The position numbers were made by a program, and so were the translations under genes. 64,000 nucleotides of DNA from Bacteroidota bacterium (GTDB lineage Bacteria > Bacteroidota > Bacteroidia > AKYH767-A > OLB10), in assembly GCA_019136655.1 (NCBI GenBank), contig JAGVTU010000024.1, forward strand, positions 259,553 through 323,552. Direction: 5' to 3'. A model generated the notes under the pieces. It saw only the letters and a program-made list of their open reading frames with translations, searched no databases and was not told the DNA's origin. Shown here piece after piece: positions 27,083 through 37,193 of this stretch (position 1 is the stretch's first letter; every line of letters starts with the position of its first letter).

Positions 27083-29503
27083 TCAGGATGTTTTTTTATC
27101 TGAACTTTTTAACTCCATAAAAGTACCTACAGCAAAAAACAATAATACAATCAGTGAGCCTGCAAGAGAGATTTTCTCTCCTGTTGCATATACTTCAGGT
27201 TCAAATTTAAACTCTACGGTGTGCTTACCTGCAGGTATCTCCATTGCCCTCAGCACATAATCAGCCCGCACATAATCTGATTTCTTTCCGTCAATATAAG
27301 CGTTCCAGCCTTTGTCATAATAGATTTCGGAGAAAACACAGAACTGCGGCAATGCCGTCTGCGTTTCATAAACCAAATGATTGCTTACAATAGATGTAAG
27401 TTTTACCGAAGCCGTTGAATCATGTTCAGGCTTAAATCCCTTCAATATGGGTTCAAATCTTTTATCCACAAAGGCAATTGTCTTTGGGTTGAATGAGTCA
27501 AGTGATTTCAATTCCTCATCGGCATTAGCCACCACTTTTATCGTGTCAACAAACCATGCAGGTCCTGATGCACCGGGGTTGGTCTGAGCAATGGGTTGGT
27601 TGTCATTGCTGCTTACAATAAAATATTTGGTGTTGAGCATATCAAGCACACTCATGTTATTTTTGGCAATACAATTTTCAATCAACTCCTGATAACGCTT
27701 CAGTTTGGCACCATGATATCCACCAATGCTGCGATGGAAATAAGATGTAGATGCATCATTGAAAGCACTCACAGTAGTATTCATCACACGATATCCGGGT
27801 GTGGTATCCTGCATAATCTGTAAATTAGCCTGTGATGGTTCAAATGGTTTTACCGTTTTGCTTTTGGATGTGAAATGTTGATCATTGAGATAACGTTTAT
27901 CAACCGTCCACAAATCAATGATAAATAAAGCTGCAAGAATGACAACTGCAAGTGTAGATTTGAGTTTCTCTTTCAGCATAAACCAAATCACTCCAAATGC
28001 CAGCGAAATAAATATCAGCGAACGGAGAGCGTCCATGCGCAATGCTGATTCTCTGTCCTGCTTAATAGCATCTATCAGCCAACCATATTGTTTCAACTGC
28101 TCATCTGATCCGGAACTAAAGTCATTAAACAATCCGGGAAGAACAACAAACAACAGACAAAAACCTCCGGTGATATAGAAGGACAATTTAAGTGATTTGA
28201 ATATTTCAGGTTTTGCAATTTTACCGTCATAAATTTGTTTCAGCGCAAGCAGTGCAAGCAATGGCATGGTAAACTGTGCAATAGTCAATATCATACTCAC
28301 TGCTCTGAATTTATTATATCCAGGGAAGTGATAAAAGAAGAATTCGTTAAATGCCAAAAAGTTGCTTCCCCATGCAAGCATGAAAGAAAGTATAGTTGCA
28401 GCAAGCAACCACCATTTCTCTTTGCCCTTGACCAAAAACAATCCTGCAACAAACAAAAAACATACAATGGCACCTGCATAAGGAGGTCCCGAAGTTGAAA
28501 GCATATTTCCGAAATAAAGCGGCACGTTCTGAATAAAACTTTTGGCCTGTTGCATTGGCACTCCATTCGATATAAGTGCCTGATAGGTTGCCGATGTTTC
28601 ACTCAGTGGCTCTACCGAAGCTCCTCCATGAAAACGTGGAATAATGAGTGTGAATGTTTCACTTATACCATAACTGTAACTAAATGCATAATCTTTATCC
28701 AATCCGGTTGATTCTTTTTTCTCTGTGAGTTCACTTGGTCCGCGTGTGGAGTACTTGCCATACTCATAGGTGGCAGCAAGACTTGTATAGTTGGGTAAGA
28801 TTCCTAAAATAGCAGCAACTGCAAGTACTGCTGATCTTTTAATAAAATCCATCCATGTTTTATGAATAACAGCATCTATAAAATATGCTATTATCATCAC
28901 CATGATGGTAATCATGAGATAGTAAGTAATCTGCAAATGGTTTGCATACAATTCTAATGCAAGCGCTATGGCCGTTAGCGCTCCGCCAAACAACAATCGC
29001 CCTCGGTAAGTCATAATAATGCCTGCAAATACAAGCGGAATAAGAGCAATGGCATGTGCCTTCGAATTGTGTCCTGCTGTGATGATGACAAAATTGTAAC
29101 TTGAAAAAGCAAAGGCTATGGCTCCGGCGATTCCCATTCGGTAATCAAACCGCAACACCAGCATAAGAATATAAAAACTTAGCAAGGCAAGAAAAATATA
29201 TGAAGCCGGTGAAGGCAGAAAGAAAAACAATACATCATTTACATACTGCATCAGGTTGGCAGGATATAAAGTTGAAATCTGATATGCAGGCATACCACTG
29301 AACATGGCATTGGTCCATAAAGGCTCGGTATGATATTTATTTCTGAAATCGGTAAGCTCCTTGCTCATTCCTGTCCACTGAGCAATATCATGTTGTTCGA
29401 GTCCCTTTCCCTGAAACAAAGGAAAGAAATAGATGACAGTAATAATCAGAAAAACAGCTATGGCAATACCATGAGGTATCAGTTTTTTGAAATCAATTTT
29501 CAT
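27083..29503 (-). CDS. YfhO-family polytopic membrane protein (GT-C fold glycosyltransferase)
   Basis: 806 aa; N-terminal 'FFPLFQGKGLEQHDIAQWTGMSKE…FSGMPAY' is typical of YfhO; at least 12 TM helices plus a C-terminal periplasmic domain. Starts 6 nt after the GT4 stop. Confidence 0.8.
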   Translation of the reverse strand: MKIDFKKLIPHGIAIAVFLIITVIYFFPLFQGKGLEQHDIAQWTGMSKELTDFRNKYHTEPLWTNAMFSGMPAYQISTLYPANLMQYVNDVLFFFLPSPASYIFLALLSFYILMLVLRFDYRMGIAGAIAFAFSSYNFVIITAGHNSKAHAIALIPLVFAGIIMTYRGRLLFGGALTAIALALELYANHLQITYYLMITIMVMIIAYFIDAVIHKTWMDFIKRSAVLAVAAILGILPNYTSLAATYEYGKYSTRGPSELTEKKESTGLDKDYAFSYSYGISETFTLIIPRFHGGASVEPLSETSATYQALISNGVPMQQAKSFIQNVPLYFGNMLSTSGPPYAGAIVCFLFVAGLFLVKGKEKWWLLAATILSFMLAWGSNFLAFNEFFFYHFPGYNKFRAVSMILTIAQFTMPLLALLALKQIYDGKIAKPEIFKSLKLSFYITGGFCLLFVVLPGLFNDFSSGSDEQLKQYGWLIDAIKQDRESALRMDALRSLIFISLAFGVIWFMLKEKLKSTLAVVILAALFIIDLWTVDKRYLNDQHFTSKSKTVKPFEPSQANLQIMQDTTPGYRVMNTTVSAFNDASTSYFHRSIGGYHGAKLKRYQELIENCIAKNNMSVLDMLNTKYFIVSSNDNQPIAQTNPGASGPAWFVDTIKVVANADEELKSLDSFNPKTIAFVDKRFEPILKGFKPEHDSTASVKLTSIVSNHLVYETQTALPQFCVFSEIYYDKGWNAYIDGKKSDYVRADYVLRAMEIPAGKHTVEFKFEPEVYATGEKISLAGSLIVLLFFAVGTFMELKSSDKKTS

Positions 29504-29644
29504 ATACGAAATTTGTTAGGGTACAAATGTATTTATTCAGCACAATAATACCATTTCCATGCTAAACAATTCCTTGTCCGGTAAAGCTTTAAGAAAAAAA
29601 TTAAGGAGTAAAAAAACACCTGTTCATCAAACTGCCTCTGACCA

Positions 29645-31600
29645 TCACTCAAGGGTGACAATGCCGAGGTATTTTGATATTGCCTGAATAAATGATTCAT
29701 AGTTTTTCTGTATGGTGAGCACTTCGTCCAATTCTTCGTCTGAAAGCTGTGGATTGTCCTTTAGCCGTTTGCTGTTTTTTTGTTTGAGTATCAGCGCGCG
29801 TCTCAACTTCAGGTGATATATGGGATTAATGACCGTTTCATTCAGATTATCTTCTTCTTTTCTTACATAAATTCCTCTGGATTCCCAGTCATTCAGTTCA
29901 TACTTACTGACCATCATCTCCAGGGCGATATCTCTGAGTTTTTCCAGTTCGGATGAGGTGTCCGTTTTGAGCATTGTTACAAACTCTGTAGCATTTTGTG
30001 CAACGAAATGCGAAAATATACCTGCAAAAATTTCATCATCAAAACCATATCCATCAGGAGCGAGTTCGTTCTGTATAAATTCTCTTACACTTAAGGTTTG
30101 CTGCTCCTCACCCGGGAGATGTATGAGCAAGTCGCCATAGTTCAATAGCAGACGAATAATTTCTTTTTCCTGATGCCATGCATTCATCTCAGCAGTTTCT
30201 GTTTGCTTTGGAATAAACTGCATTTCCATAAGTTTATCAGTAAGCTCTCCGGTATCTTCATCACTCTGCTTTTTATACAGACTCCTTCTTACCTTATTCA
30301 TCTCGAATATCAGAACCTGCTCTGTGACCTGCATCTGTTCTGAACATTGTTTGATGTACATACTGCGCAATATTGCATCAGGAATTTTTGAAATACTTTC
30401 TACAATATCCTTTATCAGTCCTGCCTTTCTTATTGGATCATTTGATACTTCTTCCAGCAACAATCCGGTTTTGAAAGCAATAAAATCACGTGCATTATTC
30501 TTGATATACTCTTTCAGCTGAACCGTGCCTGTTTTACGTGCAAAGGAATCGGGGTCATCTCCATCAGGAAATAAAACAATGCGAACATTCAACCCTTCTT
30601 CAAGAATTAAATCTATTCCGCGCAACGAAGCTTTAATTCCTGCCATATCTCCGTCATAAAGTATGGTTATGTTTTTGGTAAAACGTGCAATCAGTCTAAT
30701 TTGCTCATGCGTTAAAGATGTTCCTGACGAAGCAACTACATTTTCAACACCTGCCTGATGCAATGAAATGACATCCGTATATCCTTCAACCAAAAAACAT
30801 TCATCATTCTGCAGAATTGCTTTTCGCGCGAAAGAAATTCCATACAGCGATTTGCTCTTGTAATAAATATCTGTTTCAGGAGAGTTGATATACTTAGGAC
30901 TCTTAGGATCGTTATGCAACTGCCGTGCACCAAACGCTATTACTCTTCCTGTGAGATTGTGAATTGGAAAAATCACCCTTGCCCTGAAGCGATCATATAC
31001 TCTCGGGGCACTGCTTTCACTCTGTGCTTCCTTAACTATTGCCAGTCCGCTTTTCTCATAAATCTGCTTGTTGAAACTATTGGAATAAACAGCCTGAGTC
31101 AATGCATCCCAACTGTCGGGTGCATAACCTAACTGAAATTTCTGAATGATGGATTCATTGAACCCTCGCTCATTAAAATAGCTTAAACCTATAGCTTTTC
31201 CTTCCTCAGTATTAAACAGATTATCTGAATAAAATTTCTGAGCGAAAGAATACATTACAAACAAACTTTCTTTTTCATCCTGCTTTTGCAATTGCTCAGG
31301 TGAGGGCTGTTCCTCTTCTATTTCAATACGGTATTTTTCTGCTAAGTACCTTAATGCTTCAGGGTAAGTAAAACTTTCATGCTCCATCACAAAACGAACT
31401 GCATCACCTGCCTTGCCACAGCCAAAACATTTATAAATTCCTTTTGCAGGAGAAACCGTAAAAGAAGGTGTTTTCTCAGAGTGAAACGGGCATAATCCAA
31501 GCATATTGACACCCCGTTTTTTCAACGACACAAAATCGCCCACCACCTCTTCTATTCGGGCTGTTTCCAATATCAGATCAACCGTTTGCTTTGGAATCAT
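29645..31600 (-). CDS. dnaG: DNA primase
   Basis: Zinc-binding 'CPFHSEKTPSFTVSPAKGIYKCFGCGKAGD', a TOPRIM domain ('LVEGYTDVISL', 'ILYDGDMAG'), and a C-terminal helicase-interaction region. Confidence 0.93.
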   Translation of the reverse strand: MIPKQTVDLILETARIEEVVGDFVSLKKRGVNMLGLCPFHSEKTPSFTVSPAKGIYKCFGCGKAGDAVRFVMEHESFTYPEALRYLAEKYRIEIEEEQPSPEQLQKQDEKESLFVMYSFAQKFYSDNLFNTEEGKAIGLSYFNERGFNESIIQKFQLGYAPDSWDALTQAVYSNSFNKQIYEKSGLAIVKEAQSESSAPRVYDRFRARVIFPIHNLTGRVIAFGARQLHNDPKSPKYINSPETDIYYKSKSLYGISFARKAILQNDECFLVEGYTDVISLHQAGVENVVASSGTSLTHEQIRLIARFTKNITILYDGDMAGIKASLRGIDLILEEGLNVRIVLFPDGDDPDSFARKTGTVQLKEYIKNNARDFIAFKTGLLLEEVSNDPIRKAGLIKDIVESISKIPDAILRSMYIKQCSEQMQVTEQVLIFEMNKVRRSLYKKQSDEDTGELTDKLMEMQFIPKQTETAEMNAWHQEKEIIRLLLNYGDLLIHLPGEEQQTLSVREFIQNELAPDGYGFDDEIFAGIFSHFVAQNATEFVTMLKTDTSSELEKLRDIALEMMVSKYELNDWESRGIYVRKEEDNLNETVINPIYHLKLRRALILKQKNSKRLKDNPQLSDEELDEVLTIQKNYESFIQAISKYLGIVTLE

Positions 31601-32604
31601 ATTTCTGCTATTCTTTTTCTGCTTCTTATCACCGGAGTTTCTGTGGGCAGATTAGAGTTGATAAATGCTGCCATAGCACGATATATATTTTTTTCAGCAT
31701 CCTCATCGCTTCTGACAAAACTACGTGCATTCTTGGTCCAAATCTTTTTTACTGAAGTTGCTGAACTATCATAAACAGCAATTGCATTCAGCACATCACG
31801 GTCTGTTGCACTGTCAGTTAAAGCTATCAGCATTGGTTTGTAAAAATTTTTCAGACTCATATACAAATTTACTGAATCTGCCGACATCCCTGTAGTTTGT
31901 TCATATCTTAAATATGCCAATGGTTTGATAAGAAATTTCAAGCCATTCCACTTTTCAGCCACCTGCTGATCAATAATTTCCGTTACAGAGGGGACAGGAT
32001 TCTGAAGTATCAATACATTTATTCGTTGATCTTGGGCAGCAAGATTTACACCTTCAATACTGCTTAATCCGTAACAAATTACACTTACGGTATTGGTTTC
32101 GTACAGGCAGTACAAACTGTCCAATACCAACTTCAGGTTTTCAGTTAGAGCGGAGTTTATCAAAAATTTATCACCGCTGCTTTCGCCATGTGCAGGTAAG
32201 TCAATCATGCATACATGAAATCCCAACTGATAAAGTGATTCAGCCATGTTGAGCATACCAATCTTACTCTGATTCCAGTTGTGAAGCAGCAATACTGTTC
32301 CGGCTTTGTAATCGTCAGGTTGCTGAATATACCATCCGCTGATTTGAAAAGTAGGAGTAACTTCTACATTAAAATTACGATAGGCAAGATTTAACTGTGA
32401 AGGTATAACCACCTGCTCTTTTTTGACCAATACATTTTTTCTTAAAATTTTTGGTGCCTCATCTTCTTCATCGGCCAATGACTGAGCTGTTATTCTCTTG
32501 GGATAAACAAGTTCACTGATACTGAATAAAGAGGTAAAATAAATAAGCACTAAAATGCCACCTGATACTACCAGACAAAGTGCTGCAATTCGCTTCCACA
32601 TCAT
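31597..32604 (-). CDS. membrane-anchored alpha/beta-hydrolase-fold protein
   Basis: N-terminal TM helix; 'TVLLLHNWNQSK', 'DLPAHGES', 'VICYGLSSIEG' (GxSxG-like). Its stop overlaps the dnaG start (ATGA). Confidence 0.6.
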   Translation of the reverse strand: MMWKRIAALCLVVSGGILVLIYFTSLFSISELVYPKRITAQSLADEEDEAPKILRKNVLVKKEQVVIPSQLNLAYRNFNVEVTPTFQISGWYIQQPDDYKAGTVLLLHNWNQSKIGMLNMAESLYQLGFHVCMIDLPAHGESSGDKFLINSALTENLKLVLDSLYCLYETNTVSVICYGLSSIEGVNLAAQDQRINVLILQNPVPSVTEIIDQQVAEKWNGLKFLIKPLAYLRYEQTTGMSADSVNLYMSLKNFYKPMLIALTDSATDRDVLNAIAVYDSSATSVKKIWTKNARSFVRSDEDAEKNIYRAMAAFINSNLPTETPVIRSRKRIAEI

Positions 32605-32607
32605 TAT

Positions 32608-33585
32608 TCAATAACTTCTGTTGGTTGTAAAAGTTATTAAATCTTTCATGGATTGTCTGTAGGTACTGTCTTTAAATTCATTCAGAATGGAAAACGCTTC
32701 ATCTCTTAATTCAAACATTTTTGTTCTGGCATAATCTATCCCCTTTTTACTGTCAACAAACTTCAGCACTTCATTAACTTTTACAGGGTTTTCGTTTTCA
32801 TTTTTTATCAGGTTAATGATATGTCTTTTTTCAGAGGAGTTAGACTGATTCAAAGCATAGATGACAGGCAATGTAAGTTTTCGTTCTTTAATATCAATGC
32901 CTGAAGGTTTTCCTGTGGAAATACTTTTTTCAAAATCAAACAAATCATCTTTTATCTGAAATGCAAGGCCTATGGTTGATCCAAGCGTGAGCATTCTTTC
33001 AATCTGCTCGTCTGTGGCACCTGATGATGCTGCACCGCTTCCGCAACAGGATGAAATCAAAGAGGCAGTTTTTTGTCTGATAATGGTGAAATACACTTCT
33101 TCTGTAATATCCAGTTTACGTGCCTTCTCCATCTGCAGCAATTCGCCTTCACTCATTTCTCTCACGGCATTGCTCACTATTTCGAGCAAACGGTATTCTT
33201 TATTCTGCACGGCAATAAGCAGACCGCGTGATAAAAGATAGTCGCCTACCAACACTGCAATTTTATTTTTCCATAATGCATTGATTGAAAAAAAACCTCT
33301 CCGCATCAATGAGTCATCTACCACATCATCATGCACCAGTGTTGCTGTGTGCAAAAGCTCAATCAGCGATGCTGCAGTATAAGTTGACTCTTTTACGGAC
33401 CCACAAACTCCTGCTGATAAAAACACAAACATCGGACGCATTTGTTTGCCTTTACGCCTAACGATGTAATGCATGATTTTATCCACGAGTGACACCTTGC
33501 TGCGCATGGCTTCGCGAAACTTTAATTCAAAAGTTTCCATTTCATGTGCAATTGGTTTCTTAATTGTCTCGAGAGTGAGTTCCAT
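32608..33585 (-). CDS. polyprenyl diphosphate synthase (octaprenyl/IspB-like)
   Basis: 'LLHTATLVHDDVVDDSLMRRG' is the first DDxxD motif; 'GLAFQIKDDLFD' is the second. Confidence 0.88.
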   Translation of the reverse strand: MELTLETIKKPIAHEMETFELKFREAMRSKVSLVDKIMHYIVRRKGKQMRPMFVFLSAGVCGSVKESTYTAASLIELLHTATLVHDDVVDDSLMRRGFFSINALWKNKIAVLVGDYLLSRGLLIAVQNKEYRLLEIVSNAVREMSEGELLQMEKARKLDITEEVYFTIIRQKTASLISSCCGSGAASSGATDEQIERMLTLGSTIGLAFQIKDDLFDFEKSISTGKPSGIDIKERKLTLPVIYALNQSNSSEKRHIINLIKNENENPVKVNEVLKFVDSKKGIDYARTKMFELRDEAFSILNEFKDSTYRQSMKDLITFTTNRSY

Positions 33586-33628
33586 AAAATTCTTGCAGTG
33601 CCAAAGGTAGGGTTTTAGTCTATTGGCA

Positions 33629-34681
33629 TCATATCATGCTACTCTGTTTGTTCTTGTTGGCCAATTGTCCGCAGGCAGCATCAATGTCTTTTCCTCTGCT
33701 TCGTCTTACATTTACAACAAGATTCTTCGATTCCAGAAAATTCTTGAATGTTTCCAGTCTGTCTGCTTTTGCTTTTTCAAAAACTCCATCACCGATGGCA
33801 TTGTATTCTATCAGATTTATTTTGCAAGGAACTGACTTTGCAAACTGAGCAAGGTCTCTGGCATCAGCAAGTGAATCGTTGAAATTGTTGAATACGATAA
33901 ATTCATATGTCACCCTTGTTCCGGTTTTCTCATAGAAATAAATCAAAGCCTCTTTCAGCACTTCGAGATTGTTGTGCTCATTGATAGGCATTATTTTGTC
34001 GCGCTTTAAATCATTGGCCGCATGCAGCGACAATGCAAGATTAAATTTAACCTGATCGTCACCAAGTTTTTTAATCATCTTGGCAATGCCTGCCGTTGAC
34101 ACTGTAATTCGCTGTGGCGACATATTCAGTCCTTCAGGTGAGGTGACGTGCTCTATTGATTTGAGAACATTCTGGTAATTAAGCAACGGTTCGCCCATGC
34201 CCATGTAAACAATGTTGCTGAGTGGTGTTGCATAATTTTTTTCACTCTGTTCGCGGATAATGGCAACCTGATCGTAAATTTCATCAGCTGTAAGATTTCG
34301 CACTCTGCCTATTTTACCTGTTGCACAAAACTGACAGGCAAGGCTGCATCCCACCTGTGACGACACACAGGCTGTCATACGTGATGTAGTAGGAATTAAA
34401 ACTCCTTCTACTACATTTCCGTCAAATAATTTAAAACCATATTTAATGGTTCTGTCATGGCTTCGCTGCTCGTTTTCAATTTTTATTGGCGTAAAATCAT
34501 ACTTCTCTGCCAACTTCCCTCTTAACTCTTTGGAGAGGTTGGTCATTTCATCAAACGAACGGGCACTCTTCTTCCAAAACCATTCATACACCTGGCGCGC
34601 ACGAAAGGGCTTTTCGTTAATGGAAATAAAAAAAGACTCTATATCTTCCTTTGAAACTGCCCTGATATTCTGCTTTCTCAC
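33629..34681 (-). CDS. rlmN: 23S rRNA (adenine2503-C2)-methyltransferase, radical SAM
   Basis: 'CVSSQVGCSLACQFCATGK' radical-SAM cluster; 'PFRARQ' N-terminal motif; 'SLHAAND'; apparent GTG start. Confidence 0.9.
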   Translation of the reverse strand: MRKQNIRAVSKEDIESFFISINEKPFRARQVYEWFWKKSARSFDEMTNLSKELRGKLAEKYDFTPIKIENEQRSHDRTIKYGFKLFDGNVVEGVLIPTTSRMTACVSSQVGCSLACQFCATGKIGRVRNLTADEIYDQVAIIREQSEKNYATPLSNIVYMGMGEPLLNYQNVLKSIEHVTSPEGLNMSPQRITVSTAGIAKMIKKLGDDQVKFNLALSLHAANDLKRDKIMPINEHNNLEVLKEALIYFYEKTGTRVTYEFIVFNNFNDSLADARDLAQFAKSVPCKINLIEYNAIGDGVFEKAKADRLETFKNFLESKNLVVNVRRSRGKDIDAACGQLANKNKQSSMI

Positions 34682-34865
34682 CTTGCAAAAATACGACAGA
34701 AAACGATGCTGTCAGCAGCCCATTGCAATCAGCAAATATTTAACCCGAACATGACAAATTACATCATGCCACATTCGTAAATTGACAGGTTTAAAGCGAA
34801 AAAATGGGCAATTCAGTCAAACATGAAAAAGCTTCTGCATTTCAATACAAAGGAGGTATCAACAA

Positions 34866-35411
34866 CTACCATTCATCCTTCTTCACCTGAGGCGGGTGCA
34901 TCATGTACTTTTTCAAATCAGCAATGATTTTTTCAATCTGCTCATCAGAATATTTCAGATTCCAGTCCCATGACTTATTGTAATACTGATTATTGGTGTC
35001 CAGCCACTTTTCCGCAGCATAATAGGAAACCTGCTTCCAGTTTATCTCTGTTAATTTATAGCGAAACTTACCGTCTTTAGCCTCCACAGTAAGAGTATAT
35101 TGCATATTTCCTTCGTCTTTCTGAAAGCCTTTTTTATCAGGCTCACTCATCAGTTTAAAGCGTCCTTTGCAAACCATCTTTCCATCCTCTGCATTCTTCT
35201 CACGTATCACATCTGCCGGGTTTTTGTAATACGCATTTGCCCATGCCAGTGCTCTTGAATAAAGATCTGCTTTTGAAGCATTGGGAATTTCAATCACCTT
35301 GCTATAGGTAATCAACTTAGTACTTTCATCTATCGGATATTTGTTTTGTGCCTGAATGGAATTACTCACCAACAGCAAAGCCACAACAACAAGTGTTTTA
35401 ATAGTTCTCAT
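34866..35411 (-). CDS. DUF4468-domain secreted protein (lipoprotein-like)
   Basis: Signal peptide MRTIKTLVVVALLLVSNSIQAQ, then 'NKYPIDESTKLITYSKVIEIPNASKADLYSRALAWANAYY', typical of DUF4468. Confidence 0.6.
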   Translation of the reverse strand: MRTIKTLVVVALLLVSNSIQAQNKYPIDESTKLITYSKVIEIPNASKADLYSRALAWANAYYKNPADVIREKNAEDGKMVCKGRFKLMSEPDKKGFQKDEGNMQYTLTVEAKDGKFRYKLTEINWKQVSYYAAEKWLDTNNQYYNKSWDWNLKYSDEQIEKIIADLKKYMMHPPQVKKDEW

Positions 35412-35434
35412 TTTTATTTGATTTGTTTTAATGA

Positions 35435-37027
35435 TTAACCGTCAACGGCAACTTTTATTTTACTGCCGGTTTTTAAATCACGGGCATTCTGAATATTGTT
35501 CAGTTTCTTAATTTGTTCTACAGTAGTTCCGGGATATTGCTGAGAAATTTTCCACAATGTATCTCCTGCCTGCACCTGATAATAGATAAATTTATCTACT
35601 GAATTGCTCTCAGTTTTTGCAATAGTATTCTTTGCATTCACTGCCTTTGTTTTGGTTTCAGCAGTTGCAGGTGGACTGCAATCCTCAGCGTCATCTTCAC
35701 AGGCATCGTAATTCTCAACAACATTCACCATCACAGGAACCTGCTTCTTCACATGTGTTCTTACTGCCAATTTCTGATTTGCATAAATTTTGCTTGAACG
35801 AAGTCCATTCCATTTCTTCAACTCATTAACTGAACAATTATATCTGGATGCAATATCACTCAGTGTTTGTCCGCTTTTAACAACATGCGTTTTCTTATGG
35901 ATAGAAGTTACTGTTTTATAAACCACTTCTTGTCTCATTACCGGAGTATTACTGGATGCTATTGCATTGGTAGTTCTTGAATCTGCTTTGACAATCAATG
36001 GATCAATCTTTTCGTTACCCATTGGTCCACACCCTAAATGAACATAGTAATTGTTCAACATCTCACCTACAATCTGATTGCGAAGCCATGGATTTGATGC
36101 TCCGAGCGCAATAGCAATAAGGCGATGATTATCTTTTTGTGCAGTTGCCACCAGACAAAATTTTGCATTCTTGGTATAACCTGTTTTTAATCCATCCACT
36201 TCACCGGGATAATCCATTACCAGATGATTATGGTTTCTGTAAATTACCGAACCTCTTCCGTTTTCAACTTCAGCAAATGCAATATTGGTGATAGCCAGAA
36301 TTTCAGGATACTTTATTAGTTCTGTTGCAAGTCGTAGCAAGTCATTTGGTGAAGAGCTATTATCCAGATTCCCATATCCTGCCGGCAATCCTGAAGGGTT
36401 GGAATAAAAAGTTTGTGTCATTCCCAATTCAGCAGCTCTGGTATTCATCCTCTTCACAAATGTATCAACCGAACCACCAAGATATTTTCCAATCAGCGCA
36501 CATGCTTCGTTGTTTGAAGGAATCATGGCCATTTTCAGCAGTCCCTCTAAAGTATAAGCCTCCTTCACTTTAATCACCCTTCTCGATCTTCTGCTGGCTC
36601 TGTAGCTTCTTTCTGTTTCTATTTTGTCTAACCAGTCAACATTACCGGCTTTTATGTCTTCAATGGTTAACAATGCGACCATCATTTTGGTTAATGAAGC
36701 TATGGGATAAGCATATTTCATATCCTTCTCCCAAACGATAGTTTTGGCATTGCAATCATAAATCAAACCTGCCCTGATTTGTGATGCGCTGTTTTCGCTC
36801 AGCATATCAGGCTGAATGTTTGTTTTAAATTCCTTAGGATGCACAACGGCTGTTTTAACTGAGTCAGAGCTGAACGTTAATGAATCGTTGCCTGTTGCAA
36901 ATAAATGGGATGCCCACAGCAAAAAGAAGATGTGTAAAAACATTGCCTTAACCAAAGATTTGAACCTACAATTGAATAAACTATTCATGTATTGCAAGTT
37001 TATTGTTTTATGTTTTACACTTATCAC
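35435..37027 (-). CDS. dacA: D-alanyl-D-alanine carboxypeptidase (S11/PBP5-like) with two C-terminal LysM domains
   Basis: 'PIASLTKMM' SxxK, 'SNN', 'KTGYT' KTG motifs; two LysM repeats ('VVKSGQTLSDIASRYNCSVNELKKWNGL', 'YQVQAGDTLWKISQQY…IKKLNNI'). The probable true start is M14 at about 36988. Confidence 0.8.
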   Translation of the reverse strand: MISVKHKTINLQYMNSLFNCRFKSLVKAMFLHIFFLLWASHLFATGNDSLTFSSDSVKTAVVHPKEFKTNIQPDMLSENSASQIRAGLIYDCNAKTIVWEKDMKYAYPIASLTKMMVALLTIEDIKAGNVDWLDKIETERSYRASRRSRRVIKVKEAYTLEGLLKMAMIPSNNEACALIGKYLGGSVDTFVKRMNTRAAELGMTQTFYSNPSGLPAGYGNLDNSSSPNDLLRLATELIKYPEILAITNIAFAEVENGRGSVIYRNHNHLVMDYPGEVDGLKTGYTKNAKFCLVATAQKDNHRLIAIALGASNPWLRNQIVGEMLNNYYVHLGCGPMGNEKIDPLIVKADSRTTNAIASSNTPVMRQEVVYKTVTSIHKKTHVVKSGQTLSDIASRYNCSVNELKKWNGLRSSKIYANQKLAVRTHVKKQVPVMVNVVENYDACEDDAEDCSPPATAETKTKAVNAKNTIAKTESNSVDKFIYYQVQAGDTLWKISQQYPGTTVEQIKKLNNIQNARDLKTGSKIKVAVDG

Positions 37028-37193
37028 TGTTTTGTTTAATCCTTTTACACAGGTTTTTGTTAATTATCTCCTATGCATTTAACATACTTAAACGCTAAAA
37101 ATATCATTTAAATTTCAAATGCAGAAAATAAGTTAAATACAATGTGAAATCAGCTTTTATAACTGATTTCTTACAAAATTACTCTAAAATTTT

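Noticed and set aside
34686-34693. TATTTTTG box 5 nt upstream of the rlmN GTG start
   Set aside because: It is too close to the start codon to give a sensible leader unless the mRNA is leaderless or the start is mis-called. This cannot be resolved from sequence alone.
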